Positions 18,717 to 30,013 of a DNA stretch of 64,000 bases are shown piece after piece. The notes under the pieces are model-generated. The model ran no database searches. It saw only the letters and a program-made list of their open reading frames with translations, and had not been told where the DNA came from. The stretch lies in contig CAVYVF010000002.1 in the NCBI GenBank assembly GCA_963771885.1, positions 32,001 through 96,000 of the forward strand. The letters are read 5' to 3'. This DNA comes from Candidatus Bathyarchaeota archaeon (GTDB lineage Archaea; Thermoproteota; Bathyarchaeia; TCS64). Within the stretch, counting starts at the first letter, position 1, and every line of letters begins with the position of its first letter. Made by a program: the position numbers and the translations under genes.

Positions 18717-20149
18717 TGCTTGGGACCCAGTTTCTCAGCGGACTGCTTCGCAAGCTCAAGCGGGGGTTTACGGTGTATGTCAGCGACGTAGACGTTCTTA
18801 CCCATTCTCCGCATATGCTCCTCCTTCGCCTTGACGATTAAATCGGAGTCGGTAATGAGGTCAATCGCCGCTCCCGCCATGGTCTTTGCAGCGAAGATGA
18901 GGCTTTTGTGGCCTATGCTGCTGCCTGAAGCGGCGACAAACTGCCAGCTGTGGCCCGGGGCGCCGAGGACGTTGCAAGTGGTTCCAAACTCCATCGTCGG
19001 TGTGATCCAGCTGACATGGCTGACGTCGGTGGAACCAGGACTTGTCTCGCCGTCGTCCCAGGGGTCGAAGATGTCGGTTGGGAGGTCGGTGTCGGTGTAA
19101 CGCTCCCAACTGGGCATCTTACTCTTCTTGAGAGTGTCGAGTTTGTTCTGCTTGGGAAAGGTCCGAGCGATCTCGGAGGCGAAAGCGAGTTCCTCAGGGG
19201 TATAGGTGGGCGCGCCGACCATGCGCATGTTCGCTGTAACCACCTCGCTCAGGGTCTTCGAAGGTATCTTGTTGTAGCTCCCCCTGTCCATCTCGACGCT
19301 GAGCGTGGTCTCGGTCATGAGGGCGGCACCCTCAGCGATCTTGACGACGCGATTGTAGATGTGTTCAAGCTGGTCCATCTCGGGGGCACGTACATAGTAC
19401 CAACTGCGTGCATAGTCCGGGACGACGTTAGGCTGGCCGCCCCCGGCCTCTATCACGTAGTGTATGCGTGCCTGCTGGATGATGTGTTCGCGTAGGTAGT
19501 TCACGCCTACGTTCATGAGCTCCACCGCATCTAGGGCGCTCCTGCCCTGCTCAGGGTTCGCGGCGGCATGCGCAGTCTTGCCGTGGTAGCTGAACTTGGC
19601 GTGTATGGTGGCTGTGCTGCTTGCGAGACTAGCGACATTCAGGCTACCGGGGTGGTGGCTAAGGCAGGCGTCGACTCCGTCGAACAGACCGGCGGCGACC
19701 ATGAATATCTTGCCCTGGAAGTTCTCCTCAGCTGGGGTGCCGTAGAAGCGTATGGTGGCTTGGTCTTCTTTGAGTGCGTATCTCAGGGCAATGGCTGCGC
19801 TCATCGCTGTTGTGCCGTGAATATTATGGCCGCAGCCGTGACCAAAGGCGCCGGGGACGAGCGGCTCCTGGCGGGGAACGACCTTGTTGCTTATGCCAGG
19901 GAGAGCATCGTACTCGCCCATGAGGCCGATGATGGGCTTACCCACACCCCATTCTGCGACCATAGCAGTGGGCATCCCCGCGGCACCGAGCTTCACCTTG
20001 AATCCTTGCCTCTCGAGTGTGGAGGCGATGAGCCTGCTGCTCTTCTCCTCCAGAAGGCCGTACTCGGCGAAGCCCCAGACCTCGTCGCTCACCTTAGTAA
20101 GCTCGTCCTTGTGATCCTCGATCCACTTCCACGCAGTTCCCTTCGACAT
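18707..20149 (-). CDS. M20 amidohydrolase, AbgB-like (copy 2)
   Basis: Same motif set as 16260-17699; colinear paralogue. Confidence 0.9.
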   Translation of the reverse strand: MSKGTAWKWIEDHKDELTKVSDEVWGFAEYGLLEEKSSRLIASTLERQGFKVKLGAAGMPTAMVAEWGVGKPIIGLMGEYDALPGISNKVVPRQEPLVPGAFGHGCGHNIHGTTAMSAAIALRYALKEDQATIRFYGTPAEENFQGKIFMVAAGLFDGVDACLSHHPGSLNVASLASSTATIHAKFSYHGKTAHAAANPEQGRSALDAVELMNVGVNYLREHIIQQARIHYVIEAGGGQPNVVPDYARSWYYVRAPEMDQLEHIYNRVVKIAEGAALMTETTLSVEMDRGSYNKIPSKTLSEVVTANMRMVGAPTYTPEELAFASEIARTFPKQNKLDTLKKSKMPSWERYTDTDLPTDIFDPWDDGETSPGSTDVSHVSWITPTMEFGTTCNVLGAPGHSWQFVAASGSSIGHKSLIFAAKTMAGAAIDLITDSDLIVKAKEEHMRRMGKNVYVADIHRKPPLELAKQSAEKLGPKHYS

Positions 20150-20305
20150 AAGGATCCAGATTCGATTTAGCCGCTAAAAAGTTATTGACAATATAATAAT
20201 TTTAACATCTTTTTTAAATAGACTTGGGAAATTTTCCTATGCGCGCTCACTTCATAACAATCTTGCTAAGATAACGACTTTAAAAATGCATTAACTAACT
20301 CCACT

Positions 20306-21829
20306 TCAAGAGCCTTTGAAAGCGAATTTCTCCTCCACCGATGACCTATGGAAGATGTTGTAGCTGCAGAAGGGTATGAGGCGGAGGTCGGGCGTCGCGT
20401 AGTGGATGCAACACCTTTCAACCCTATCAAGGTCAAAGTTGTAAGGATCCATGAAATGCATGCACCCCACGAAAAGCCCCTTTTTCTTTAGCGACGTGGG
20501 TACGATACGTAGTCCGTTGTGCAATGACTCTTTCAAAAGCTCGTTGTAGTTGAAGTATTCAGGTGCCTGACTCCTATCGATGGTCTTGGATATCTTGTAG
20601 ACGAGCGACGCTTTCAGCCGTAGGTCCCCCATGATTTGCCTCTCCGACACAAGCTCGTCCAGAATTATCTCCCGCGCGGAGTCTAAATCTATGAACCTGT
20701 TCATGGGTACATATTCACCGTTCCTCTCGAACAGGTAGAGGCCGGCGCCACAGTGCATATGGGTGGACGCTTTCGACCTCCTCTCCTTAGATATCTTCTC
20801 CATCATCATCTCCAATGGGGCGAACGCCGGTATCGGCATCCAGTCACTCCTCAGTATCTTCCCTCCCGTCTGGTCCTCCACCATCCTCATGACATCCGAA
20901 ACCGTAATCCTCATCTTCTCCAACTCCTCGGCGTCGATTCGCCCCGTGAAGGAGACGGGCTGGAAATTCACTGCCTTGACCGTATCGAGGTTCTGGAAAC
21001 CGAAGTCGATAATGGCGCCGAGCTGGTTATCGTTTACACCTTTCACTACTGTCGGCACAAGCGTCGTCGGTATATCGGCCTCACGCAGATTCCTAACGGC
21101 TTGTAGCTTAATGGGGAGCGCGTCGAAACCCCTCGCCTGCACATAGGGCTCTGACGTGAGGCCATCGAACTGTAGGTAGGCGACAGTCAACCCGCTTTTC
21201 TTCAGCCGCCTCGCGAAGTCGATATCCTCGGCTATCTTTACACCGTTCGTCGCCACAATTACATACGCCACGCCGAGCTGCTTCGCCATCTTAATCGCCT
21301 CGAAAATATGCGGGTACACTGTCGGCTCCCCACCAGAGAACTGGACAGCCCAAACGGGATTCGGTCTCTGGTCCCTCAACATCTGAAGCATCTCCCTGAC
21401 CTGTTCCAGCGTGGGTTCGTAGACATATCCGGCGGAGTCGGCGTTTGCGAAACATATCGGGCAATGAAGGTTGCACCTGTTAGTCAGGTCGATATTTGCC
21501 AACATCGTGTGGGTCTTATGACCCTCGCACAGTCCACAATCCCTCGGACAGTCGCCACTACTTCTTGTATTCGGGTTGTCTATGGGATCGCCCTCGACCC
21601 CGTATCTCAGCTGCCGCTTGAACAGCAAAGAGTCGGACCAGTAGACATCCTTGAAGTGCCCATGTTCTTTACACTCCTTTTCAATGTAGATCTTCCCGAC
21701 CTCCTCGAATACGCGGGCATTGATCGTTGAGTGACAGACCGGACAGAGCGAGCGAGTCTCCTTCGAATAGTGTTCATCGAAGTCGATCTCTTTTCTGTTA
21801 TTATCGATCGATGATTTCATTTTTCCCAC
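20306..21829 (-). CDS. tes: radical SAM tetraether lipid synthase (Tes/GDGT-MAS family)
   Basis: N-terminal CPVC...CKEH, CPRDCGLC, CNLHCPIC radical SAM motif, MHFMDPYNFD..RVERCCIHY..PD.RLIPFC. Confidence 0.85.
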   Translation of the reverse strand: MGKMKSSIDNNRKEIDFDEHYSKETRSLCPVCHSTINARVFEEVGKIYIEKECKEHGHFKDVYWSDSLLFKRQLRYGVEGDPIDNPNTRSSGDCPRDCGLCEGHKTHTMLANIDLTNRCNLHCPICFANADSAGYVYEPTLEQVREMLQMLRDQRPNPVWAVQFSGGEPTVYPHIFEAIKMAKQLGVAYVIVATNGVKIAEDIDFARRLKKSGLTVAYLQFDGLTSEPYVQARGFDALPIKLQAVRNLREADIPTTLVPTVVKGVNDNQLGAIIDFGFQNLDTVKAVNFQPVSFTGRIDAEELEKMRITVSDVMRMVEDQTGGKILRSDWMPIPAFAPLEMMMEKISKERRSKASTHMHCGAGLYLFERNGEYVPMNRFIDLDSAREIILDELVSERQIMGDLRLKASLVYKISKTIDRSQAPEYFNYNELLKESLHNGLRIVPTSLKKKGLFVGCMHFMDPYNFDLDRVERCCIHYATPDLRLIPFCSYNIFHRSSVEEKFAFKGS

Positions 21830-22225
21830 ACCTAGTCTTTTTCAGCACATATCTTGGAAGTACTAAGCCATGGAACTATAGTTATTTATTAATTCATTAA
21901 GATTAAAAAACTATCCCAATTTTTAATATGTTTCATGAGAAAAACCCTTTTTTTAAAAAAAACAACTTATGCCTATCATAAATGCAGAGAATATTATGCC
22001 GCTCCTAAATATTATTAATAAACCCTATCTGGAAAATACTAGATATGTCTGCAGACGCGACTTAATATTTCCGTGAATATGAATCTTCATAAAAATATGT
22101 ACTCGATTACACCCAATAGTAGAATCGTTGGCGAGCAGAACTAACCCCCTCTAACTAAAATAATCTAACTTCCCCAGATGGCTAGCCTTTTAACAGCTCA
22201 CAGCCTTAACATTACCCGATCAGTC

Positions 22226-23569
22226 TTGTCGAAGCCGGACACAACTGTGGAAAAAGTAGTCGAATATACCTACGGGACATGGCGGTTCCAAAAAGGCTGG
22301 AAACCGACCCACATTATTGACGCTGAGGGCGTCTACATGACAGACGCCAACGGAAAAAAGTACCTAGACTTCTCTAGCCAACTCATGTGCTCAAACCTCG
22401 GACACAAGAACCCCGCTCTCATCAAAGCTATTGTCGATCAGGCGCAGAAAATGCCCTACATAAACCCCGGCTACTCGACCGACCTGCGCGCCAAGGCGAG
22501 TGAGGCACTCGTCAAGGTCCTTCCCGAGGGCCTCGAGAAGATCTTCTACTCGACCTCCGGCACAGAGGCAAACGAAGCGGCGCTCAAAATCGCCCGCATG
22601 TACCTAAAGCAAAAAGGCGCCTACAAAGTCATCAGCCGCTACACCAGTTACCACGGCGCCACCGCCGCATCAGTCGCATGCACCGGCGACCCCCGCCGCT
22701 GGTTCACCGAACCAACCATGAAGGTAGATGGCACAGTATTCGCCCCCGACTGCTACTGCTACAGATGTCCTTTCAATCAGAAGTACCCCGAGTGCGGTGT
22801 CACTTGCGCCGAGTACCTCGACTATATGCTCAAAAACGAGGGCAACGTCGCCGCGATGATAGTCGAGCCCGTCGTCGGCACTAATGGAATACTCGTCCCC
22901 GTCAAGGAGTACCTCCCACGCATCCGCGAGATCACTGAAGAGCACGGCGTCCTACTCATCGCCGACGAGGTCATGTCCGGCTGGGGCAGAACCGGCACAT
23001 GGTTCGCCGTCGACAACTGGGGCGTAAAACCCGACATACTAAGCACCGCGAAGGGCTGCACGGGTGCTTACACGCCTCTGGGCATCACCGCCACTACGAA
23101 GAAGATATCCGACTACTTCCAGGACAACTACTTCGCCCACGGCCACACCTACGAGGCACACCCCATCAGCATGGCTCCCCTAGTCCCCGCTATCGAGGAG
23201 TACAAGCGCCACAACCTCTTCGAGAACACGAAAAAGATGGGAGCACACCTGGACAAGAGGCTCAATGAACTCAAGGAGAAGCATCCATCTATCGGCGACG
23301 TCCGAGGAATCGGCCTCTTCTGGGCGGTGGAGATCGTAAAGAACAGGAAGACGAAGAAGCCCTTCAACACTCGCATAGACAAAGTCAGCGGCACCCCACT
23401 CATGGTCGACAAGGTCGGCGCCGAAATGGGCAAGCAGGGCGTCATCTGCAACACGTGGATAAGCCACTTCGTCATCGCCCCACCCCTCATCATAAACAAG
23501 GCGCAGCTAGACCAGGGCATCGACGCCCTCGACGAGGGGCTCAAGGTCGCTGACAAAGAAGTCGAATAG
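22226..23569 (+). CDS. class III PLP aminotransferase (taurine/omega-amine type)
   Basis: [45 protein letters not shown] start at 22226 assumed. Confidence 0.9.
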   Translation: MSKPDTTVEKVVEYTYGTWRFQKGWKPTHIIDAEGVYMTDANGKKYLDFSSQLMCSNLGHKNPALIKAIVDQAQKMPYINPGYSTDLRAKASEALVKVLPEGLEKIFYSTSGTEANEAALKIARMYLKQKGAYKVISRYTSYHGATAASVACTGDPRRWFTEPTMKVDGTVFAPDCYCYRCPFNQKYPECGVTCAEYLDYMLKNEGNVAAMIVEPVVGTNGILVPVKEYLPRIREITEEHGVLLIADEVMSGWGRTGTWFAVDNWGVKPDILSTAKGCTGAYTPLGITATTKKISDYFQDNYFAHGHTYEAHPISMAPLVPAIEEYKRHNLFENTKKMGAHLDKRLNELKEKHPSIGDVRGIGLFWAVEIVKNRKTKKPFNTRIDKVSGTPLMVDKVGAEMGKQGVICNTWISHFVIAPPLIINKAQLDQGIDALDEGLKVADKEVE

Positions 23570-23664
23570 AATCTTTTTCCCCAGCCTTCACAAGGCCAGC
23601 CGCAGTTTTCCACATTTCAGCCACGAATAGAACTAAAATACCTCGAAATACTCCCATAGACACC

Positions 23665-24795
23665 ATGTCAACGGTCGAAACCGCCAAGACCATGATCAAG
23701 TACGACACCTCCGGCCCCCCTGCCAAGGAACTCCCACTCGCCAAGTGGATAAAGGACTACCTCGAAGACATCGGCGCAGAGACCGAGCTACAGATAGTCG
23801 AGAAAGACCGCGCCAACGTCATAGGCAAGTTCGGCAAGGGTAAAGGCCCCGGCCTCCTACTCAGCGGCCACATAGATGTCGTCCCCGCCGGAGACCCAAC
23901 CCTCTGGAAGGTCACGCCACCCTACGAACCCACCATCCAGAACGGCCGCCTCTACGGACGCGGCGCCTGCGACATGAAGGGCCCAGACGCCTGCCTCCTC
24001 GAGGCGGCAAAATCCCTCTCAAAGGAGCGCCTCAAGCGCCAGCTCACTCTATCCTTCACCGCCGGCGAGGATACCGGAGGCTGGTACGTCACCAAAGTCA
24101 TAGAGGAGGGAAAGGTAACTAAGGCGGAGGCCCGTATGGGAATTATCCCCGAGCCCAGCATGATGGATGTCATCAGCACCCACAAAGCCAGCGGCCACGC
24201 CAACATCACCGTCCACGGCAGAGCCGCCCACAGCAGCCGTCCCGAGCTCGGCGTGAACGCCATAGACAAGGCCGCCGACATCCTCGTCGAAATTAGGGCT
24301 CTCCAAGCACGCCTTAACGCGGAGCCACACCCTCTCCTCGGCCCAAGCACCATAGAATGCACACTCATATCCGGCGGCTTCAAGGCAAACGTAATCCCAG
24401 ACAAGTGCACATTCCACTTGAGCACACGCCTCATCCCCGGACACGAGAAAACCACCACCACCAAGGCATGGCTCAGAGCTATACTAACACACCTCCACGA
24501 CAAAGACCCCAAGTTCAAAGCAGAAATAACCGAGGTATCCACTGGCAAGCCCCTTGATGTCCCGGAGAATAGTGAAGTTGTTCTTCTACTAACCAAGATG
24601 TTGAAAAAACAACCTACAGGAGCACCCTACTACACAGAAGCTGTAAACTACACTGCTGCAGGCATTCCCACCGTGATCTGCGGACCCGGCAACATAGATC
24701 AGGCGCATACACCTGACGAGTACATCACCTTAAAACAGCTTGAACTTGGGGTTAAAACCTTTAAAGAGTCGATAAGACAAGTCTGCTTAATATAG
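23665..24795 (+). CDS. M20A ArgE/DapE-family deacylase
   Basis: [31 protein letters not shown]. Confidence 0.9.
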   Translation: MSTVETAKTMIKYDTSGPPAKELPLAKWIKDYLEDIGAETELQIVEKDRANVIGKFGKGKGPGLLLSGHIDVVPAGDPTLWKVTPPYEPTIQNGRLYGRGACDMKGPDACLLEAAKSLSKERLKRQLTLSFTAGEDTGGWYVTKVIEEGKVTKAEARMGIIPEPSMMDVISTHKASGHANITVHGRAAHSSRPELGVNAIDKAADILVEIRALQARLNAEPHPLLGPSTIECTLISGGFKANVIPDKCTFHLSTRLIPGHEKTTTTKAWLRAILTHLHDKDPKFKAEITEVSTGKPLDVPENSEVVLLLTKMLKKQPTGAPYYTEAVNYTAAGIPTVICGPGNIDQAHTPDEYITLKQLELGVKTFKESIRQVCLI

Positions 24796-24921
24796 GCATC
24801 GTAAATAATTACTCTCATGTCGTCATGAGTCTATCCTTAATTTTGAATAGATATTTGATAAGATTTGATATACAATAAATTTAATAACTCAAATGAATTA
24901 TTTCCATGTAGGCGAAAATAA

Positions 24922-25173
24922 ATGAGTGACATCCCATTCAAGTTAGTAGATGTAGAGAAGAAGCCCTCTAGGAAGTATCGAAAGGGTAGCAAGTATGACC
25001 CAATCATCGACAAGTTCCTTAATGGTAAATCCGGTCTAGTCAAGGTTGAGGTGACAGGTAAGGATGCAAACTACCTGAGAACTCAGTTGAAGAAGAGAAT
25101 CGATGCCCGAGATCTGAACTCAAAGATAGAGGTTTCGGTTGTAAATAACGTTGCATACCTCGAGAAGAAGTAG
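24922..25173 (+). CDS. small Lys/Arg-rich hypothetical protein (83 aa)
   Basis: Clean ORF in AT-rich context with TTTAATAA box upstream and T-rich tract downstream. Confidence 0.75.
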   Translation: MSDIPFKLVDVEKKPSRKYRKGSKYDPIIDKFLNGKSGLVKVEVTGKDANYLRTQLKKRIDARDLNSKIEVSVVNNVAYLEKK

Positions 25174-25379
25174 AAATATCCTCTTTTTCTACGGTTTATT
25201 TCGTTATTATTAATGAAGACTAATGCGGATACCGTCTAATGTAGAATTTTTAGTTCTAATAAACGACCTAATATCCTAATGTTCACACGCATTTCTCTCA
25301 GAAAACACGGAAACTATCTATACTTGTTATGAAGGACGATGCGAGCTACCCCAAAGCGAGGCGCTTACCTAATAAACGG

Positions 25380-25622
25380 TCACTTTAGGAGAGTAACAAT
25401 CTGCTCGTCGGTGGCGCCTTTCTCGATAGCTATCTTCTCATCGAGCGGCACGAGGTGGTTGACGTTTACCCTCCTCCGGCGCACCCCGGTGACCTGCTTC
25501 GGCCCCGTGACGAGAGCGAAGTTCTTGTCAATCAGGTCGACGACGACGCAGCGCCTGCCAGCGTCCCTGCCCTGAGTCTTCATACACAGCCTACCGATAT
25601 CAAATGCGGGCACAGTATTCAC
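25380..25622 (-). CDS. rpl14e: 50S ribosomal protein L14e
   Basis: IGRLCMKTQGRDAGRRCVVVDLIDKNFALVTGPK..TGVRRRRVNVNHL. Confidence 0.95.
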   Translation of the reverse strand: MNTVPAFDIGRLCMKTQGRDAGRRCVVVDLIDKNFALVTGPKQVTGVRRRRVNVNHLVPLDEKIAIEKGATDEQIVTLLK

Positions 25623-26168
25623 CTATCTGACATGTATGCTTCGACTACATTCTTAAGCATATCAGCCACGCAGTCCGCGTCGAAGTGCTCAGTGTTTAAC
25701 ACGAGGTCATAGATGGACAGATCAGAGACATCATACCCGTAGCACTTCTTGAACCGCATCAAGCTCATTGCTCTCCCTGAGCCGCGTCTCCCTCTTGACC
25801 TCCCTAACCCCCCTGTTCTCCCTCCCCGCTATCCGCTTCACCCTCACGTCCAGCGGCGCGGTAAGGTATAGCCTGAGATCGGGCTTCACCGCAACCCAAC
25901 CTGAGAGCGTCGCATCGAGCACCACGCCCCCCTTTCTCGTCTCCTTTTTCGCCCTATCGTCGAGGAACCTATCAAACGAGTCGTCCCCAGCAGCGATACG
26001 CGTCATCTCCTCAAGCGAGACACCGAGCTGCTGCGCCCTCTCCCTGAAGAGCGTGCCCGTAGAAACGTATCGAAGCCCGAAAGCCTCGGCGAGCTTCAAA
26101 GCCTGTGTTGATCTACCTGAGCCATGAGGCCCAGCTACAGTCAAAACGAGTCCACGACTATTCTTCAT
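25619..26168 (-). CDS. cmk: archaeal cytidylate kinase (one extra base near 25757)
   Basis: GPHGSGRST P-loop, STGTLFRE, LTAPLDVRVKRI; shifted frame gives RFKKCYGYDVSDLSIYDLVLNT; canonical position next to rpl14e. Confidence 0.9.
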
Positions 26169-26676
26169 CTTTCGCCCTCTCCTCGGGGTCGATCTCAAAC
26201 GTGAGTCCGAGGAGGCGACTAATCAAGACACTCGATGCGAAGCTGCAGAGAAGGTACCAGTTCGCCACGCTCAACTCCGTAGGAATGAAGGGGAACTGAA
26301 AAGGGAAGTAGGCGATGATGATATTCCCGAAGAAGCTGCCCAGAAGCTGCCAGATCAGTAGGAAGGGAATCATGAAGAAGAGACTGATCTTCATCCTATC
26401 CATGCTCATCTTGCTCTGCTGTCCCATAACCTCCTGCTGCTTCTTTTGCGCCTTATCGATCGCTCTCTGGTTACCGCTCTTCGCCGCCTCCATCATCTGA
26501 TGCTGAGCACGTGCACTATCTAGCATCATCCTCCTGTAGGCTTTCAGATCGGTCATCCTAGCGTTCACGAAGCTCGTGAGCAGGCCTAGCCCCGCCGCGA
26601 TGGCGAGAATGGCATATGTGGCAAACGGTGGGGTCTTGAGGAAGTCGAGCTCCAGGGCGACGAGGGCGGACAGCAT
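26158..26676 (-). CDS. EMC3/TMCO1 (DUF106) Oxa1-superfamily membrane insertase
   Basis: TM, coiled coil, then WYLLCSF motif; conserved position upstream of cmk. Confidence 0.88.
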   Translation of the reverse strand: MLSALVALELDFLKTPPFATYAILAIAAGLGLLTSFVNARMTDLKAYRRMMLDSARAQHQMMEAAKSGNQRAIDKAQKKQQEVMGQQSKMSMDRMKISLFFMIPFLLIWQLLGSFFGNIIIAYFPFQFPFIPTELSVANWYLLCSFASSVLISRLLGLTFEIDPEERAKDEE

Positions 26677-26721
26677 CCCTGATCTATCCGCCTATCCGCG
26701 CCCTAGGGATAAAAACTGTTC

Positions 26722-28258
26722 CTATTCCGCTACGAGCTGGCAGAGCTTCTTCCAGCTCAGGCAGATGGTCTTCGGGTGAGCCGCCTTAGCCTCATCCAGC
26801 TTGCCCACAACCGTGTTCACCGGCGCCTTAAGCGCCTCCGCAGGGTTCGAGTAGGCTAACTCACAGGTCCTCTTCACAACCTCAATGAAGTCGTCGAGCG
26901 CCTCCACGGGCTCCGTCTCAGTTGGCTCAACCATGAGGGCTTCGTGGACTATCAGTGGGAAGTAGATGGTCGAGGCGTGCATCCCGCTGTCGAGCAGGTT
27001 TTTCGCCACGTTCAGCGCGCGAACTCCAGTGTCGACGCTCAGCTTCTCCGCGCTCAGCACCGCTTCGTGCATACGGGGCTTCTCCGGCGCGAAGGGTAGG
27101 CTCAGTCCCTTGGTGTTCATTAGCTTCTTGGAGATGTAGTTGGCGTTTAGGACGGCGAGCTCCGATGCCTCCCTGAGGCCGTCGGGGCCCATCGTCAGCA
27201 TGTAGGTGTATGCCTTGAGCATGACGTTGACGTTGCCGTAGTAGCCGTGGACTTTTCCGATGCTTTTCGGCTTTTCGTAGTCTAGTGAGTATTTGCCATC
27301 CTTATAGATGATGTCGGGAACCGGTAGGTATTCGGCGAGGATTGCCTTGCATCCGACGGGACCGCTACCGGGGCCGCCGCCGCCGTGAGGGGTGCTGAAG
27401 GTCTTGTGAAGGTTGACGTGTACCACGTCGAAGCCCATGTCTCCAGGACGGCACTTGCCCATGATCGCGTTGAGATTCGCCCCGTCGTAATACATGAGTC
27501 CGCCAGCTTTGTGAACTATCTCGGCGATCTCCGCGATCTGGTGGTCAAAGAGGCCAAGCGTGTTGGGGTTAGTGAGCATAAGCCCGGCAGTCTGGGGGCC
27601 GACTACTGCCCTAAGGGCTTCAAGGTTAACAGTGCCCTCGGGAGTCGAGGGGACCTCAACAATCTTGTAGCCTGCCATTGCGGCGGAAGCAGGGTTCGTC
27701 CCGTGAGCGCTATCGGGGACTATGATCTCGGTACGCTGAGCTCCCTCACCATGGTCTATATGGTAGGCGCGTATCAGCATGATGCCCGTCCACTCGCCGT
27801 GTGCGCCCGCCGCGGGCTGCAGCGTCGCTTCATCCATCCCAGTAACTGAGAGATAGCCTTGCTTCAACTTGTAGAGGAACTCGAGGACGCCCTGCACCGT
27901 GGCGGGGTCCTGATTCTGGGTGCGCCTCAGTGAGACTCGGGTGGCCGGCGAGGACCTCATTAATTATCGGGTTGTACTTCATGGTGCAGCTGCCGAGGGG
28001 GTATATGAGACCGGAGTTTACCCCATAGTTCATCTGGCTCAAGTGGATGTAGTGGCGGAGGACCTCCATCTCACTGACCTCGGGCAAGCCACTCGAGGTC
28101 TCCCTAGCGATGCCCTGCGGGACGAGCCTGTCGACGTTAACCTCATCGCGTAACTCCCTCTCCGCCTCGGGAGGGTGGAAGCCATACCTGCCCTCATGGC
28201 TTAACTCGAAAATGAGGGGTTCATCCCAGTCTGCCTGCCTGAATTTGCGCACGGTCAT
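26722..28258 (-). CDS. gcvPB: glycine dehydrogenase (decarboxylating) subunit 2 (one extra base near 27921)
   Basis: YPLGSCTMKYNP, QPAAGAHGE, SAHGTNPASA, NLHKTFSTPHGGGGPG, EPTETE. Confidence 0.93.
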
Positions 28259-29637
28259 CACTGAGCCGCCTCCCTCAATGCAGCCACTAAGCCATCTATA
28301 TCCTTCTTAGTGTGCATCTCTGTGACGCAGAAGAGCGCGGACTCGCCGAGCTCGGGGAACTCCGCCTTGAGGGGCTTGCCGCCCTGATAGCCTTGTGCAA
28401 GGAGCACTTTGTTGACCTCGACCGCTGTCTTCTTCGAGTACTTGACGACGAATTCCTTGAAGTGGTAAGAGTTAAAGGCGGGAGCCTTGACGCCGGTGAG
28501 GTCATTAATCCTCCTTATCGCGTAGTGTGTCCTGCTCGTGCACGTCTCTGCGAGGTCCTTGAGACCACTTGGGCCGAGGAGGCTCAGGTAGACCGCGCCT
28601 GCGACACTGCACAGTGCCTCGTTGCTGCAGATGTTGCTCGTTGCCTTCTCACGGCGGATATGCTGCTCTCTGGTCTGAAGGGTCATGACGAAAGCGCGGC
28701 GCTTGTCAGCGACTGTTTCTGTCACGCCGATGATGCGGCCGGGCATCTGGCGGATGATGGCGTTGTCGTGATTGCAGGCGAATATACCGAGGAGTGGTCC
28801 GCCGTAGCTCATGTGGTTGCCCAGCGGCTGCCCCTCGCCGACTACGACGTCTGCGCCGTAGCTTCCCGGCGCCTTGAGCAAGCCGAGGCTGATGGGATCG
28901 ACTCCGGTGATGTAGATGGCCTTCTTGGCATGTGCTATCTCGCCTATCGCCTGGACATTCTCCTCAGCGAAGCCGAGGTAACTGGGAGTCTCGACGTATA
29001 CTGCAGCAGTGGACTCGTCGACCCTTGACTTCAGGTCCTCGAGGTCCATCAAACCAGTATCTTTGTTGTAGCCGACCTTCTCGATTTTCATACCGGCTGG
29101 GCCTGTGTAGGTTTTAAGGACTGCGAGACGTGCGGGGCTTATGAAGCTAGGTACGAGGACCGTGTCGCTGTGGTTGAGCCTGTTGGCGAGGAGCGCCGCT
29201 TCGCCCAGTGCACTGCTCCAGTCGTACATGGACGCGTTTGCGACCGCCATCTCGACGAGTTCGCAGATCAGGCTCTGGTACTCGAAGATGCTCTGTAGTA
29301 TGCCCTGGCTTATCTCGGGCTGGTAGGGGGTGTAGCTTGTGAGGAACTCGGCACGGCTGACGACCTCGTCCACGACGCTGGGGACGTAGTGAGGCCAGAC
29401 GCCTCCGCCGAGGAAGGGGGCGCATTTGAGGCGCATGTTTTTCTCGAGAGTGTCTGAGACGAGCTTCTTGACCTCCAGCTCCGTGTAGGGACCGGGGACG
29501 TCTAGCTCGCCCTTGAATCTTAGCTTCTCGGGGATGTTGACATACAGGTCATCGATCTTCTTGATGCCTATGTCCTCCATCATCTTCTCCTTGATCTCTG
29601 GTACGCTGTTCGGTAGGTACGGGTGGGCTCTGCTCAT
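28258..29637 (-). CDS. gcvPA: glycine dehydrogenase (decarboxylating) subunit 1
   Basis: TSYTPYQPEISQG, NASMYD, TLQTREQHIRREKATSNICSN. Confidence 0.95.
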   Translation of the reverse strand: MSRAHPYLPNSVPEIKEKMMEDIGIKKIDDLYVNIPEKLRFKGELDVPGPYTELEVKKLVSDTLEKNMRLKCAPFLGGGVWPHYVPSVVDEVVSRAEFLTSYTPYQPEISQGILQSIFEYQSLICELVEMAVANASMYDWSSALGEAALLANRLNHSDTVLVPSFISPARLAVLKTYTGPAGMKIEKVGYNKDTGLMDLEDLKSRVDESTAAVYVETPSYLGFAEENVQAIGEIAHAKKAIYITGVDPISLGLLKAPGSYGADVVVGEGQPLGNHMSYGGPLLGIFACNHDNAIIRQMPGRIIGVTETVADKRRAFVMTLQTREQHIRREKATSNICSNEALCSVAGAVYLSLLGPSGLKDLAETCTSRTHYAIRRINDLTGVKAPAFNSYHFKEFVVKYSKKTAVEVNKVLLAQGYQGGKPLKAEFPELGESALFCVTEMHTKKDIDGLVAALREAAQ

Positions 29638-29770
29638 CTTGTTGCCTCCGTTGACGGGTGTCTTGTGGCTGTTCGGGGATTTAACCGCTTACACGGGGCA
29701 AATAGGGGCTTCACTGTCGTATACTATTTTTATATCCCCGAGACGACTTCTCCGAGGGAAGGCGACCGCA

Positions 29771-29974
29771 TTGCATAAAGTGACGATCAACTACGACAAG
29801 TGCGTCTACTGTAAGACCTGCGTGAGCATCTGCCCTTGGGGAGTATACGAGGACACCGGGGACCGGGTTGAGGTGACGCATATGAAGGAATGCGTCTGCT
29901 GCATGAGCTGCGTCGCACCTTGCCCGACGGACGCGATAAAGGTCGAGGAAGACCCCGCCTACCTAAACAAGTAG
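29771..29974 (+). CDS. 2x[4Fe-4S] ferredoxin
   Basis: CVYCKTCVSICP and CVCCMSCVAPCP; TTG start at 29771. Confidence 0.9.
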   Translation: MHKVTINYDKCVYCKTCVSICPWGVYEDTGDRVEVTHMKECVCCMSCVAPCPTDAIKVEEDPAYLNK

Positions 29975-30013
29975 CTCGAACTTCTTTTAACCGGGTCCCG
30001 CGCCAATCCCCTT

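Noticed and set aside
21830..22180. Possible replication origin in the AT-rich spacer
   Set aside because: No repeated ORB-like boxes and no adjacent cdc6/orc1 gene
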